From: Candidatus Poribacteria bacterium
GTDB taxonomy: Bacteria; Poribacteria; WGA-4E; WGA-3G
NCBI GenBank assembly: GCA_964291315.2
Contig: OZ219753.1
Coordinates: 1,216,001 to 1,280,000 of the forward strand
Direction: 5' to 3'
Length of the DNA stretch: 64,000 nt
The notes under the pieces were generated by a model that was not told the origin of the DNA, did not search any database, and was given only the letters and a program-made list of their open reading frames with translations. The stretch's first letter is position 1. Each line of letters starts with the position of its first letter. A program made the position numbers and the translations under genes. This document shows positions 1-10,315 of this stretch, in pieces.

Positions 1-585
1 TTCGGCTACACGCATCCAGATGGCTATCGCAAGGCAAGACGTTTAATGCAATTAGCGAATAAGTTCAACCGTCCGTTGCTCTGTTTTGTGGATACACCCG
101 GCGCACACTTCGATCTCCGTTCAGAAGAATACGGACAAGCCAGGGCGATCGCTGAAAATCTTGCTGAGATGATAGCACTCCGTGTTCCTGTTCTTGTCGT
201 TATTATCGGTGAAGGTGGAAGCGGCGGAGCACTGGCAATTGCGGTCGGCAATCGTGTATTGATGATGGAGTACGCTATCTACTGCGTTGCACCGCCTGAA
301 GCGTGTAGTGGAATCGTTTGGAAGGACAAAGGTGAACACGCCCCCGAAGCAACCGAGGGTTATAAACCGACCGCCCCGGATCTGCTCAAGTTGGGCATCA
401 TAGACCAGGTTATCCGTGAACCACTCGGTGGAGCGCACAGAGATCCAGAAGCCGCAGCACGCAGCGTCAGGCGCGCAATACGTAAACATCTTACCGAATT
501 GATGCAGATCCCATCTCAACAACTGGTTCAACAAAGGCAGCAACGTTATCGGCACATCGGGCTGTATGGCGAAGATTCTGCATGA
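1..585 (+). CDS. accA: Acetyl-CoA carboxylase carboxyltransferase alpha subunit (5' truncated by window edge)
   Basis: Frame open from base 1 (FGYTHPDGYRKARRLM...). AccA motifs FVDTPGA, GQARAIA, IIGEGGSGGALA, IIDQVIREPLGGAHRD. Confidence 0.95.
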   Translation, partial: FGYTHPDGYRKARRLMQLANKFNRPLLCFVDTPGAHFDLRSEEYGQARAIAENLAEMIALRVPVLVVIIGEGGSGGALAIAVGNRVLMMEYAIYCVAPPEACSGIVWKDKGEHAPEATEGYKPTAPDLLKLGIIDQVIREPLGGAHRDPEAAARSVRRAIRKHLTELMQIPSQQLVQQRQQRYRHIGLYGEDSA

Positions 586-603
586 GAAACTAATGCTGGT
601 GAC

Positions 604-1734
604 ATGAAAATCCGAACAATTACGACAGGTATCCCTTTCCCTTTCGCACCCTACCAACTTCAGCGCGCCGCAAAATTTAACACAGCGTGCCAAGCATATT
701 TTGAAGCCAACGGTTACGATGTACAAACAACACGGGTCAGCTCTCAAATTTGGGATGGAGCGCGCGATATAGAGACTATTCTTAACTTAGAGTCCCAGGC
801 TCGGGCGTTAGGAATTGAGTTCCTTAACTTGGGAACAATTCTGCCGGGCAAAAGGTATACTATGACGCATCTCTCTTGTGTCGCCGATGTTATTGTCCAA
901 AGCGAGATACTTTTTGCTACTGTTACGCTTGCAACACAGACTGGACATGTAGCATCTGAGGTTACTGAGGGCGTAGCAGGCATCATTCAACAGATAGCGC
1001 GCGGAACCGATGAAGGTTATGGAAACCTCCGATTTGCGGCTTTAATGAACTGCCCACCGAATACCCCTTTTTTTCCGGCGGCCTATTGGCAAGACACTAG
1101 AACGAACTTCGGCATCGGATGGCAAGCATCTGATTTAGTCAAGCAGGCGTTCACGTGTGCAGAGAATTTAGAAACTGCACTGCAAAATCTGAAGGTTTTG
1201 ATGGAAACGGAGGGGGGGAAAATTGTTACACTGGCAAAAACGCTTTCAAATGAATGGGGTATAAAGTTTATCGGCATCGACGTTTCGCCTGCCCCGATGG
1301 GGGATGAAAGCATCGCGTATGCAATAGAGCAACAGCTGCCCGGTCATTTCGGAGAGCGTGGCACCTTAACTGTCGCAGCAGAGCTGACGCGTACACTTCA
1401 ATCACTTGATCTGCCACTGTGTGGCTATTCCGGATTAATGCTCCCTGTCCTTGAAGATGTCGGATTGGGTAAACGCAGTGAAGCAGGGTACTTTAACCTT
1501 GACAGTCTCCTTCTCTATTCTGCTGTTTGCGGTACGGGCTTAGATACAATTCCTATTCCAGGTGATGTTTCGACAGCTCAACTCGCTGCTATCCTAAAGG
1601 ATGTTGCTGCCCTCTCCGCGCGGCTTACCAAACCTTTATCTGTGCGTCTCTTCCCTGTACCTGGGTGTAAGGTTGGCGACATGACCCGCTTCCAATCGCC
1701 CTACCTAACCAATACAACAGTGATGCAGATATAA
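604..1734 (+). CDS. DUF711/UPF0210 family protein
   Basis: MKIRTIT start, NLRFAA..N.P..PFFP, GIDVSPAP, GYSGLMLPVLED, YSAVCGTGLDTIPIPGD. Confidence 0.85.
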   Translation: MKIRTITTGIPFPFAPYQLQRAAKFNTACQAYFEANGYDVQTTRVSSQIWDGARDIETILNLESQARALGIEFLNLGTILPGKRYTMTHLSCVADVIVQSEILFATVTLATQTGHVASEVTEGVAGIIQQIARGTDEGYGNLRFAALMNCPPNTPFFPAAYWQDTRTNFGIGWQASDLVKQAFTCAENLETALQNLKVLMETEGGKIVTLAKTLSNEWGIKFIGIDVSPAPMGDESIAYAIEQQLPGHFGERGTLTVAAELTRTLQSLDLPLCGYSGLMLPVLEDVGLGKRSEAGYFNLDSLLLYSAVCGTGLDTIPIPGDVSTAQLAAILKDVAALSARLTKPLSVRLFPVPGCKVGDMTRFQSPYLTNTTVMQI

Positions 1735-1913
1735 GCAGCAACTGTCTATTTAGGGCTTTTCGCTTGCTAATTCTAATAACTTGTGATAAGATGATGCCAA
1801 CAGAATTTCGAATCCAAGACATAGCCTTATTAATCAGACGAACGAGCCGCTCAAGAGTTTTATTTTCCGTGCTATGCTTAGCATGCTCAGCGTGATCGGT
1901 GAAAGGAATAATC

Positions 1914-3371
1914 ATGTCTGATAAACCACATGTACTTTTGATTTCAACAGACCACTGGCCCAACTCACTTTTGGGGGTGAGTGGACATCCCGCTATCCAA
2001 ACTCCGACATTAGATACTCTCGCTCGTGCTGGTACCCGTTTCACACGTGGGTACAGTGAATGTCCAGTGTGTGTACCTGCACGAAAAACCTTGATGACCG
2101 GGACAACACCGCGCACACATAAAGACAGGGTCTTCAACGATCAGCAAGGCCTCAATGGACTCCCGACAATCGCACAAACCTTTCGAAACGCGGGATACCA
2201 GGCGTATGCTGTCGGCAAACTGCATGTCTATCCACAACGCGACCGCATCGGGTTTGACGATGTGCTTTTAGGCGAAGAAGGTAGACTGCAGTACGGTGCA
2301 ATTGATGATTATGAGCTTTTCCTTGGGGACAGGGGCTACGCTGGCCAGCAATTCGCGCATGGCATGTGTAATAATGATTATCTTAATCGACCGTGGCACC
2401 TGCCCGAGGACTGTCATGTCACGAATTGGAGCACACAGCAGATGGTCCGGATGCTTAAGCGCCGCGACCCGACGCGCCCCGGATTTTGGTACCTCTCTTA
2501 TTGCCATCCACATCCGCCACTTGCACCGCTCCAATGCTATATGGACATGTATCGTGATGTTGAGGTAGACATGCCTTATTATGGCGAGTGGGCAAAGCAG
2601 ACCTCACAGCTCCCCTTACCGGTAAAGGCACGCCAGAAACAGGATGAAGACTTTACAGAAAACCAGATTCGTTCAGCGCGCCAAGCGTTTTATGCCCTCT
2701 GTACACACATTGATCATCAACTCCGGGTTGTTATTGGGACCCTACGTGAAGAGGGCATGTTGAACAATACAATTCTGCTCTTCACATCTGACCACGGTGA
2801 TATGCTCGGGAATCATCGAATGTGGGCGAAACGACTCTACTACGAAGATTCTGCTAATGTACCCATGATCCTCGTCGGCACCGCTGGAGACGAACGCGTA
2901 GGACATCATAGAGTGGATGACCGTCTCGTCGGGTGGCAGGATGTTATGCCAACCCTGCTCCACTTAGCAGGCATCGACATCCCCGATACAGTCGAAGGAC
3001 TACCTATGGTGGGCGACCAGAAACGGGAATGGTTATACGGTGAGATTGGGGTCCGAGGCAGCGCAACCCGGATGATTCATGACGGCCGTTTCAAACTTAT
3101 CTACTACGCCGCCGGAAATTACCGCCAACTCTTCGATCTCGAAGAAGACCCGAGAGAATTGAACGACCTCAGTGATTCACCAGCGCATACTGAGGTACTC
3201 CAGCGATTAACACATCTCCTAGTAGGCGAACTCTATGGAGACGATGAAACTTGGATGCAAGACGGGGAACTTGTCGGTTTACCCGATCGCGAGTATCAGC
3301 CGTCTCCTAACCGCGCACTATCAGGACAACGTGGACTTCACTGGCCACCGGCGCCCTCCACGGGGCGTTAG
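1914..3371 (+). CDS. Cys-type sulfatase (arylsulfatase/choline-sulfatase-like)
   Basis: KPHVLLISTD, CVPARKTLMTG (CxPxR), VGKLH, HPHPP, SDHGDMLG. ATG at 1914 follows a GAAAGGA RBS. Confidence 0.93.
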   Translation: MSDKPHVLLISTDHWPNSLLGVSGHPAIQTPTLDTLARAGTRFTRGYSECPVCVPARKTLMTGTTPRTHKDRVFNDQQGLNGLPTIAQTFRNAGYQAYAVGKLHVYPQRDRIGFDDVLLGEEGRLQYGAIDDYELFLGDRGYAGQQFAHGMCNNDYLNRPWHLPEDCHVTNWSTQQMVRMLKRRDPTRPGFWYLSYCHPHPPLAPLQCYMDMYRDVEVDMPYYGEWAKQTSQLPLPVKARQKQDEDFTENQIRSARQAFYALCTHIDHQLRVVIGTLREEGMLNNTILLFTSDHGDMLGNHRMWAKRLYYEDSANVPMILVGTAGDERVGHHRVDDRLVGWQDVMPTLLHLAGIDIPDTVEGLPMVGDQKREWLYGEIGVRGSATRMIHDGRFKLIYYAAGNYRQLFDLEEDPRELNDLSDSPAHTEVLQRLTHLLVGELYGDDETWMQDGELVGLPDREYQPSPNRALSGQRGLHWPPAPSTGR

Positions 3372-3388
3372 AGAAATTTTCTAATATC

Positions 3389-3417
3389 TTGACAATTTTT
3401 TTCAAATCAACTATATT
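3389..3417 (+). promoter_or_regulatory. Sigma70-type promoter
   Basis: TTGACA (3389-3394), 17-bp spacer, TATATT (3412-3417), upstream of the STAS gene. Confidence 0.7.
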
Positions 3418-3502
3418 TAACCTATTGAAACATCTTTTTGTTAAGCTATAAGCTGTAATTCAACTTTCGTGTAATCATCAAACAACGAAGAAAGGAAAAT
3501 AG

Positions 3503-3856
3503 ATGTTAGCAGAAATACGTCAAAGAGAAGGGGTTATCGTTATACGCCCCACTGGTCGCATGATTGGTTCGGCAAGTGCTGAAATTCGAGAACAAATTAA
3601 TGAAGAACTTGAAGAGTACTTTGATGCCCCGAAAATTATCTTTAACCTTGAGAACGTTACTCGCATGGACAGTAGCGGTCTCGGCACGCTTGTCTCTATA
3701 AATGTCACTGTTTCCCGAAAAGGCGGACGCACTGCACTCGTCAACGCAGGTGCACATATCCGAAACCTTCTCATCCTCGGCCGGTTAATGACTGTCTTTG
3801 AAAGTTACGGTAGCGAGGAAGAAGCAATCCTCGCTCTCACTTCTGAGGAAACCTAA
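3503..3856 (+). CDS. STAS-domain anti-sigma factor antagonist (SpoIIAA/RsbV-like)
   Basis: 117 aa with VTRMDSSGLGTLV (phosphoacceptor Ser motif). AAAGGA RBS. Confidence 0.92.
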   Translation: MLAEIRQREGVIVIRPTGRMIGSASAEIREQINEELEEYFDAPKIIFNLENVTRMDSSGLGTLVSINVTVSRKGGRTALVNAGAHIRNLLILGRLMTVFESYGSEEEAILALTSEET

Positions 3857-3866
3857 CAAGCTAGTG

Positions 3867-3898
3867 GGAGCGCTTTCGTTCAAACGCTGCCCGTTTTT
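3867..3898 (+). terminator. Possible intrinsic terminator
   Basis: Imperfect stem GGGAGCG...CGCTGCCC followed by GTTTTT right after the STAS stop codon. Confidence 0.4.
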
Positions 3899-3962
3899 AA
3901 CCGCAGTCGAAAACTAAATCATGCCAAAGTCATAGAAGCACCCAAATAGGGAAAAGGAATTT

Positions 3963-5126
3963 ATGGCAAATCAGAACCTTCCGACGTTCACTGTTAACGC
4001 CGGGTTCCACGATCGAGACGGATGTCCCGTGAGTACCGATGTTGAAGACCTTGGCATCAGTCAACTTCACGATCGTCCTGTTACTTTAACAGATATAGCA
4101 TCCGGTAACGTCATTTCAGCACAATGTTATGCGAACGAGGCCGGGGGTACGACCTTAAATTGGATACTTGATGGCCTCGCTGCCGGTGAATCGCGAACTT
4201 ACACCCTCTCAGAAGGAAGCATTGCAGACGGAGCCGGTGTTCAGCTAAAAGAAGCTGCCGAAACCATCGTTGTTACGCTTAACAACCGGCACTTTACGAC
4301 GTTCCGCTACGCGAAAACGCAGTTCCGTCCCTACTTTTTCCCCGTTCTTGGTCCGAATAGATGCGAAGTAACGCGTGGCGAAACGAGCGACATTTCAAAA
4401 GACCACGTGCACCACCGTTCTCTTTACGTTGCCTATGGCGAGGTGAATGATATCGATCTGTGGGGTGAAGGAAACAATTCTGGAAGAATCGCACACCAAA
4501 ATTTTACACAAAAACAGGGCGGCGCTGTTGTCGGCAGAATTTATACCGAAAATAGATGGGAGACCCGAGAAGGCGATGTCCTAATGACAGATAAGCAGAA
4601 CTTCCGAGTCTATAACCTACCGGAAGATGCCGCACTTCTCGATCTAGACTTAAGTTTTATCGCCTCTGCGGGCGATGTCCACTTCGGAGACACCAAGGAG
4701 GGTGGCATTATGTCAATCCGTGTCCATCCGTCGATGAATGCTTCAGAGGGTGGGAAGATAGAGAACGCTTTCGGCGGTATCAATGAAAGGGAGACTTGGG
4801 GAAAACGGGCAAACTGGTGTGATTATTCCGGGGTCGTTGATGGAACACCTGTCGGGATTGCCGTTTTTGACCACCTCGTCAACCCACGCTATCCAACTTA
4901 TTGGCATGTGCGGAATTATGGATTAATGGGAACCAATATCTTCGGAGGCGGTACCTTTGAAGGTGACCCATCTAAAGATGGATCCTACACACTTAAAGAA
5001 GGTGAACAGATGCAGTTCCGATTCCGTGTTCTCATTCATGCAGGCGATGCAACCATAGGGAAGGTCGCGCAGAAATATCATGACTTCATCAATCCACCTG
5101 TTGTTGAGGTTTCCTCACCGTTTTAA
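3963..5126 (+). CDS. PmoA-like (PF14100-type) / DUF6807-like protein of unknown function
   Basis: RPYFFPV, DHVHHRSL, FGDTKEGG, WCDYSG, YPTYWHVRNYGL, FRFRVLIH. Soluble, no TM helices. Confidence 0.75.
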   Translation: MANQNLPTFTVNAGFHDRDGCPVSTDVEDLGISQLHDRPVTLTDIASGNVISAQCYANEAGGTTLNWILDGLAAGESRTYTLSEGSIADGAGVQLKEAAETIVVTLNNRHFTTFRYAKTQFRPYFFPVLGPNRCEVTRGETSDISKDHVHHRSLYVAYGEVNDIDLWGEGNNSGRIAHQNFTQKQGGAVVGRIYTENRWETREGDVLMTDKQNFRVYNLPEDAALLDLDLSFIASAGDVHFGDTKEGGIMSIRVHPSMNASEGGKIENAFGGINERETWGKRANWCDYSGVVDGTPVGIAVFDHLVNPRYPTYWHVRNYGLMGTNIFGGGTFEGDPSKDGSYTLKEGEQMQFRFRVLIHAGDATIGKVAQKYHDFINPPVVEVSSPF

Positions 5127-5185
5127 GTGACACAAAGGGGCACCGATGCCCAACAACTGATAGCCGTTATTAAGGAGATTCACGA

Positions 5186-6253
5186 ATGCCGATCCCTACG
5201 ATTCACGTGGGCTGCACCCATTTCGCGCACGGGCGTCTACAAGCCCAAGTTAATTCACAAGGATTAGAGCCTGTTGCGTGTGTTGACATCGACCTTGAAG
5301 CCGCGCGAGCGGGTATCTCATCAATAGACAACGCCCCCGAAGGCTTGACAGAACGGATCTACACGACAATAACCGAGGCGAAAGAGAAGCATGACGCACA
5401 AGCGTGTCTTATCTATGCCTCAACGACCGTCCACGCCAAGTTAATTATTGAGAGTCTAAATCTCGGTATGCATACCCTCTGTGTCAAACCTATCGCTACG
5501 ACACAGTCAGAATTTCATGCCATTATCCAAGCGCACAAGGCGAACCCTGATTTAATGCTCGTTCAAGGACAAAACAAACGTTGGAATCCTGCTGCTGCAA
5601 AAATGAGAGAATGGCTTCGCGAAGAAGACGGTATTGGTGAAATGTTAACGGGTGAATGCCGATTCTGGATTCGACAGAATCTCCACACTGGGTCTGATTC
5701 TAGACAACCCGATGCTTATATAGATGGACTTTTCTTCCATGCTGGTACAAGTCATCAACTCGATCAACTCGTTGCAGCGAAAGGACTCCCAAAATATGTC
5801 ACAGCGCATGTCCACAACCGCCGGGACCCCGAACTCGGGCAAATTGACGCTTGGGGCACTGCTGGCGGCAACGCGCTCATGGAATACGCAAACGGTGCCC
5901 CTTTTTCTTATACCGGCACCCGGGCGGGGCATGCCGATGCCTTCGGGTGGAGTGGAAATTGGACCTTTCACGGTAAAGATGGGGATATCCGTCGAGATGC
6001 TGGCCACCTTCAACGTTTCCGCCTCGGTAAAATCGTTGAGGATCTAACACTCCAAGATTTGCACCCAGGGCTTATAGAGGACGACCGACTCCAATTTGAT
6101 GCTTTTGCTCAGGCAATTACTGCCGGTACAGACCGGAAATGGATGCAAGAGACGACCCTTGGAACGTGGCTGCTGATGGAAGCCTGCAATGAATCGGCAA
6201 GAACGCACGAACGCATTGATGTTGCAGCATTCACTAAGAAAATGATCGACTAA
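5186..6253 (+). CDS. Gfo/Idh/MocA family oxidoreductase
   Basis: VACVDID, H..L...SLNLGMHTLCVKPIA (EKP-like), GQNKRWNP, HQLD, C-terminal EACNESART. Confidence 0.8.
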   Translation: MPIPTIHVGCTHFAHGRLQAQVNSQGLEPVACVDIDLEAARAGISSIDNAPEGLTERIYTTITEAKEKHDAQACLIYASTTVHAKLIIESLNLGMHTLCVKPIATTQSEFHAIIQAHKANPDLMLVQGQNKRWNPAAAKMREWLREEDGIGEMLTGECRFWIRQNLHTGSDSRQPDAYIDGLFFHAGTSHQLDQLVAAKGLPKYVTAHVHNRRDPELGQIDAWGTAGGNALMEYANGAPFSYTGTRAGHADAFGWSGNWTFHGKDGDIRRDAGHLQRFRLGKIVEDLTLQDLHPGLIEDDRLQFDAFAQAITAGTDRKWMQETTLGTWLLMEACNESARTHERIDVAAFTKKMID

Positions 6254-6378
6254 CCGGCTATCGGTTTCCAAAACAGTAATTGTCAGAAACTGTTGTTCAC
6301 ACCCTTTCTCAGGAAAGGTGTTGACGGTATCAGACGCTTAACTGACAACCGACACCGACAAAAACTGGAGGTTTCCGC

Positions 6379-8007
6379 ATGCAATCGCCGCACGGTTCAG
6401 CATTTCGTCCCTCCGTGATGGGGAAAAATGGTATGGTTACATCCGGACACATACTCGCGTCGCAAGCCGGTATTCAAACAATGATGATAGGGGGGAACGC
6501 TGTTGACGCTGCTATCGCAACTGCTGTAGCGCTCGGTATGGTTGAACCCGCTGGCTCTGGACTCGGCGGTGACGGATTTATTCTCATCTATTGGGCGGAG
6601 ACCGGGAGGGTCGAGGCGATAAACGGGACAGGATCCGCACCGCGTGCCGCAACCCGAGAGACCTACCTCAAACACGGCGGAATCCCGATGAAAGGGATGC
6701 GAAGCGTTTCCGTGCCAGGAATCGTAGACGCGTGGCTCCTTGCACACGAACGCTACGGCACACTCAAATTAGAGGAGGTTTTTGCACCCGCGATCGCTAT
6801 CTGTGAAGACGGGTTTCCTGTGAGCGAGAGACTCGCTGACAGTCTTAAAAGCGAGACACCACGTTTTGCCGCTGAGCCAGACAGCCGGGCTATTTTTACA
6901 GATGATGGGGAACCCATCCGCGCCGGCCAATTCATTGCCAACCCCAACCTCGGTAAAACGCTCCGAAAGATTGCTAAACATGGCAGGGAGGTATTCTACA
7001 AAGGTGAAGTTGCTAAAGCTATCGCAGAATTCAGTCATGCCTATGATGGACTTCTAACTGCAGGGGACATGGCTGGCTACTGCGCACACTGGGCTGACCC
7101 GATACACGTCAACTACCGCGGGTATGATGTCTATGAGATGCCTCCTAATTCAAGTGGGCATGTCTTGCTTCAAGAATTGAATATCGTTGAGCTCTTTGAC
7201 TTGCGAGCCTTGGGGTGTAGTACTGCCGAAAGTGTCCATCTGATGGTAGAAGCGAAGAAACTCGCTTTCGCGGACCGAGAAAAATATATGGCAGACCCGA
7301 ATTGGGTTGATGTTCCTTTAGACGGAATGTTGTCGAAATCCTACGCTGTTGAACGAGCTGAACGAATCGATTTGGATAAGGCAGCTATTGATGTCTCCGC
7401 CGGGGGACCGGAAGCACATGAAGATACCACCTGCTTCTGCACCGCAGACCGGGCGGGAAACCTCGTCTGTATACTACAGAGCATCCAGTCGGGATTCGGA
7501 GCCAGCCTCGTTGCAGGGGACACCGGCATCCTCTTGAACAATCGAATGACCTATTGGCACTTAGAGGAAGAACACCCAAACTGTTTGATGCCGGGTAAAC
7601 GCGTGCGGCACACGATGAATCCCGTTATCGTCACGAAAGATGGACAACCGTTCATTGCGTGCGGTACACCCGGTGCCGATACCCAAGTTCAGACGAACCT
7701 ACAGCTCCTTACCCACATGCTCGATTTTGGCATGACCCCACAAGAAGCCGTCTCGGCCCCGCGCTGGCGGAGTTTACAGAACCCAATGGAATCCACTATC
7801 CCACACACCTGCTCTAATGACCTTCAATTGGAACACCGATTCGATTCGGATACCAAGGACGGGTTAGCAGCGAGAGGGCATGAACTCCATATCCTCGGAG
7901 ATTGGGCCGCCCCAGGCAGTGCACAGGCGATCATGATCCACCCTGAATCTGGCGCACTCATCGGAGGATCGGATCCACGCACTGAAGGATACGCTGTTAC
8001 TTTTTAA
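6379..8007 (+). CDS. ggt: Gamma-glutamyltransferase
   Basis: GGNAVDAAIA, SGLGGDGF, PPNSSG, EDTT nucleophile, GILLNNR, PGKRVRHT, GGSDPR. Confidence 0.93.
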   Translation: MQSPHGSAFRPSVMGKNGMVTSGHILASQAGIQTMMIGGNAVDAAIATAVALGMVEPAGSGLGGDGFILIYWAETGRVEAINGTGSAPRAATRETYLKHGGIPMKGMRSVSVPGIVDAWLLAHERYGTLKLEEVFAPAIAICEDGFPVSERLADSLKSETPRFAAEPDSRAIFTDDGEPIRAGQFIANPNLGKTLRKIAKHGREVFYKGEVAKAIAEFSHAYDGLLTAGDMAGYCAHWADPIHVNYRGYDVYEMPPNSSGHVLLQELNIVELFDLRALGCSTAESVHLMVEAKKLAFADREKYMADPNWVDVPLDGMLSKSYAVERAERIDLDKAAIDVSAGGPEAHEDTTCFCTADRAGNLVCILQSIQSGFGASLVAGDTGILLNNRMTYWHLEEEHPNCLMPGKRVRHTMNPVIVTKDGQPFIACGTPGADTQVQTNLQLLTHMLDFGMTPQEAVSAPRWRSLQNPMESTIPHTCSNDLQLEHRFDSDTKDGLAARGHELHILGDWAAPGSAQAIMIHPESGALIGGSDPRTEGYAVTF

Positions 8008-8205
8008 ATAAGCAAGGTACGTCTCCAAAGAGGGACCTTGAGAAACACTATTATTGAACGCATATCATTAATTATCAAATTGGCGTTAAGACAAAATTTG
8101 AAATGTGAAACAGAGTATTCGCCTGCTAATAATATTTATAGTGAGTTGCCAACAGACGCAACCCTATAATATCGTTAGTGGGTTAAAACCCTTCGGAGGC
8201 TAATT

Positions 8206-9054
8206 ATGAATAGCGCCACCACAAGAATCGTTACACATGCGGTTCTTACAATAACCTTTTGTCTTGTAACATCATTGGTTTGGGCAGTCGATACTGTCCT
8301 CTTTGAAGAAGATTTTGAGGATGTACCCCTCGAATCAAGCATAATGGAACAGATTAAAGATAAAAAGGTCTGGTCAGGCACCCCGCCTGACAGCTGGGAA
8401 ATTACAAACGAGAACCCCGAAAACCTCGGAATGCCTGAATGGAGAACTTGGGCGATTGTTGACCTTGAGTGGTGGACACGAACAGCCGAGGACCAACGGC
8501 GGAGTGAGTTCACAGGGGTACACAATGACGGCAAAGGCGTAGGTAACGGAGCGGTTTCTGATCCTGACGAATGGGATGATTGGGAGGGGAACGGCGATCC
8601 TGATGCTATTAGCCGCTGGAATGGTCACTTAATTACGCCCTCCATTAAAATTAAGGGGGCCGCAGCAAAGTCGCTCATCTTAACCCTGGATTCGAGTTGG
8701 CGCCCTGAAGATACACAAAGCGCAGAAATAACAGTGCGTTTCGACGGCGGTAAGGAAGAACGAATCCTATTCTTCAAGAGCGTCGGTATTGACGCAGGAG
8801 CACACACCCTGGTTACGATTCCTACACTCGACATGCATGAGGAAGATATAAACGATGGAGAACAGATAAACGAAACGCTAGAAATCCCAATTGATAACCC
8901 AGCAAATGCTACTGAGATGATCATTAGTTTCGGTGTCATTGATGCCCAGAATGATTGGTGGTGGGCAATAGATAATATAAAGCTCATCAGCACCGCATTT
9001 TCTGTGGAGCCCAAACATAAATTAGCAGTGAGGTGGGCAGAGCTAAAATCCTGA
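8206..9054 (+). CDS. Secreted acidic beta-rich hypothetical protein with conserved C-terminal tail
   Basis: Signal peptide (..SLVWA), LFEEDFE, WWWAIDNI, ends SVEPKHKLAVRWAELKS. GGAGG RBS. Confidence 0.75.
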   Translation: MNSATTRIVTHAVLTITFCLVTSLVWAVDTVLFEEDFEDVPLESSIMEQIKDKKVWSGTPPDSWEITNENPENLGMPEWRTWAIVDLEWWTRTAEDQRRSEFTGVHNDGKGVGNGAVSDPDEWDDWEGNGDPDAISRWNGHLITPSIKIKGAAAKSLILTLDSSWRPEDTQSAEITVRFDGGKEERILFFKSVGIDAGAHTLVTIPTLDMHEEDINDGEQINETLEIPIDNPANATEMIISFGVIDAQNDWWWAIDNIKLISTAFSVEPKHKLAVRWAELKS

Positions 9055-9072
9055 CAACTGACCCCTTGTCAT

Positions 9073-9102
9073 TTACAGCTAGCTCGACGAAAATAGCTGT
9101 AA
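9073..9102 (+). terminator. Stem-loop after the 8206 gene
   Basis: TTACAGCTA...TAGCTGTAA 9-bp inverted repeat. No U-tract. Confidence 0.35.
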
Positions 9103-9166
9103 GGAAGAGCTGCGAGCACCTAAAGTGCACTCTTCTTTTATATCTTGTCGATTTTTGGGAGAAAGA

Positions 9167-10222
9167 ATGATGAAAATTTTGGTCACCGGGGGCACAGGAC
9201 GGATTGGCTCCAATCTCGTTAAAAAATTGTTGGAAAAAGGGCACAGTGTGCGTAGCTTCGTCTATCCGGGTGATGTCCACCGCGTCGGAAGATGGAACGA
9301 GACGCAAGGTGTTGAAACCGTGCTTGGCGATCTGCGCGAATACGAAGATGTTAAAAAAGTCGTTGAAGGCGTGGACGCTATCTATCATATCGCCGCTGCG
9401 TTTGGAGGTCCCTTTGATAACCGCCAGTACCTGGCAATCAATGGGATGGGTACCCTCAACATTTTGGAGTGTGTCCGTGAATTCAACCCGAATATTCACC
9501 GACTTGTTTATGCATCCACAGAAGCCATCTATTGGGAACTCACCCAAAAAGGGCGCCTTTTCAATCAACGCATTACCGAAGACATGGTTGCCAAATACCA
9601 TCACATGCCTTACTTCCTTACCAAATGGATTGGTGAAGAACTCTGCATGACCTATTATCACCAATATGGAGTCCCTTCAACCGTCTTCAGGTTCACAACC
9701 GTGATTGAACCGAGCGAATTTCTCAACGAAAAGGGGTTGCCGAGACAATTCACCTTCAGTCCCATCTACAATCGATACAAGAGCTATACGGGAGATGACC
9801 CGGCCGAATTGGGGACTGCAAATACTGTTAAACGTCTTTGGGATGGGCAGGAGAAGTTTATACTCAAACGCAATCCTGATGGACGACCCTACAAAGAACA
9901 TTTCACGGATGTGCGAGATATCGTGCAAGGCTTAGTTTTAGGCATCGAAAAGGATGCCGCTGTCGGTGAAGAATTCACGCTTGGTGGAAAGGGCGTTTTC
10001 AAGTATGAAGAGGTCATTCCGTATCTCTCTCAACGCTACAAGATGGGTTTTGTGGACATCCAGCTCCCTGAATCCCTCTATTTTGAATTTGATTTGAGCA
10101 AAATCGAGACGCTTCTGGATTATGAACCGCAGCACGACTTAGCAAGTATCCTTGATGCCGCTGAAGCAATGCGACGAGGTGAAGACGTTGGGATCATTCC
10201 GACTGGCATTCGATGGAGCTAA
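9167..10222 (+). CDS. NAD-dependent epimerase/dehydratase (extended SDR)
   Basis: MKILVTGGTGRIG, GDL, HIAA, YFLTK (YxxxK), FTDVRD. Confidence 0.9.
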   Translation: MMKILVTGGTGRIGSNLVKKLLEKGHSVRSFVYPGDVHRVGRWNETQGVETVLGDLREYEDVKKVVEGVDAIYHIAAAFGGPFDNRQYLAINGMGTLNILECVREFNPNIHRLVYASTEAIYWELTQKGRLFNQRITEDMVAKYHHMPYFLTKWIGEELCMTYYHQYGVPSTVFRFTTVIEPSEFLNEKGLPRQFTFSPIYNRYKSYTGDDPAELGTANTVKRLWDGQEKFILKRNPDGRPYKEHFTDVRDIVQGLVLGIEKDAAVGEEFTLGGKGVFKYEEVIPYLSQRYKMGFVDIQLPESLYFEFDLSKIETLLDYEPQHDLASILDAAEAMRRGEDVGIIPTGIRWS

Positions 10223-10315
10223 CCTTTTTTTCAGTAATTCTTCTTGATGTCTCACAATTAATGGGTTAAACTTATTAGACAATCTGAGTTTAACTGTATC
10301 GGGATCCTGTTTATT

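Noticed and set aside
3963-5126. Particulate methane monooxygenase subunit
   Set aside because: The family name is misleading. The protein is soluble and there is no pmoB or pmoC.
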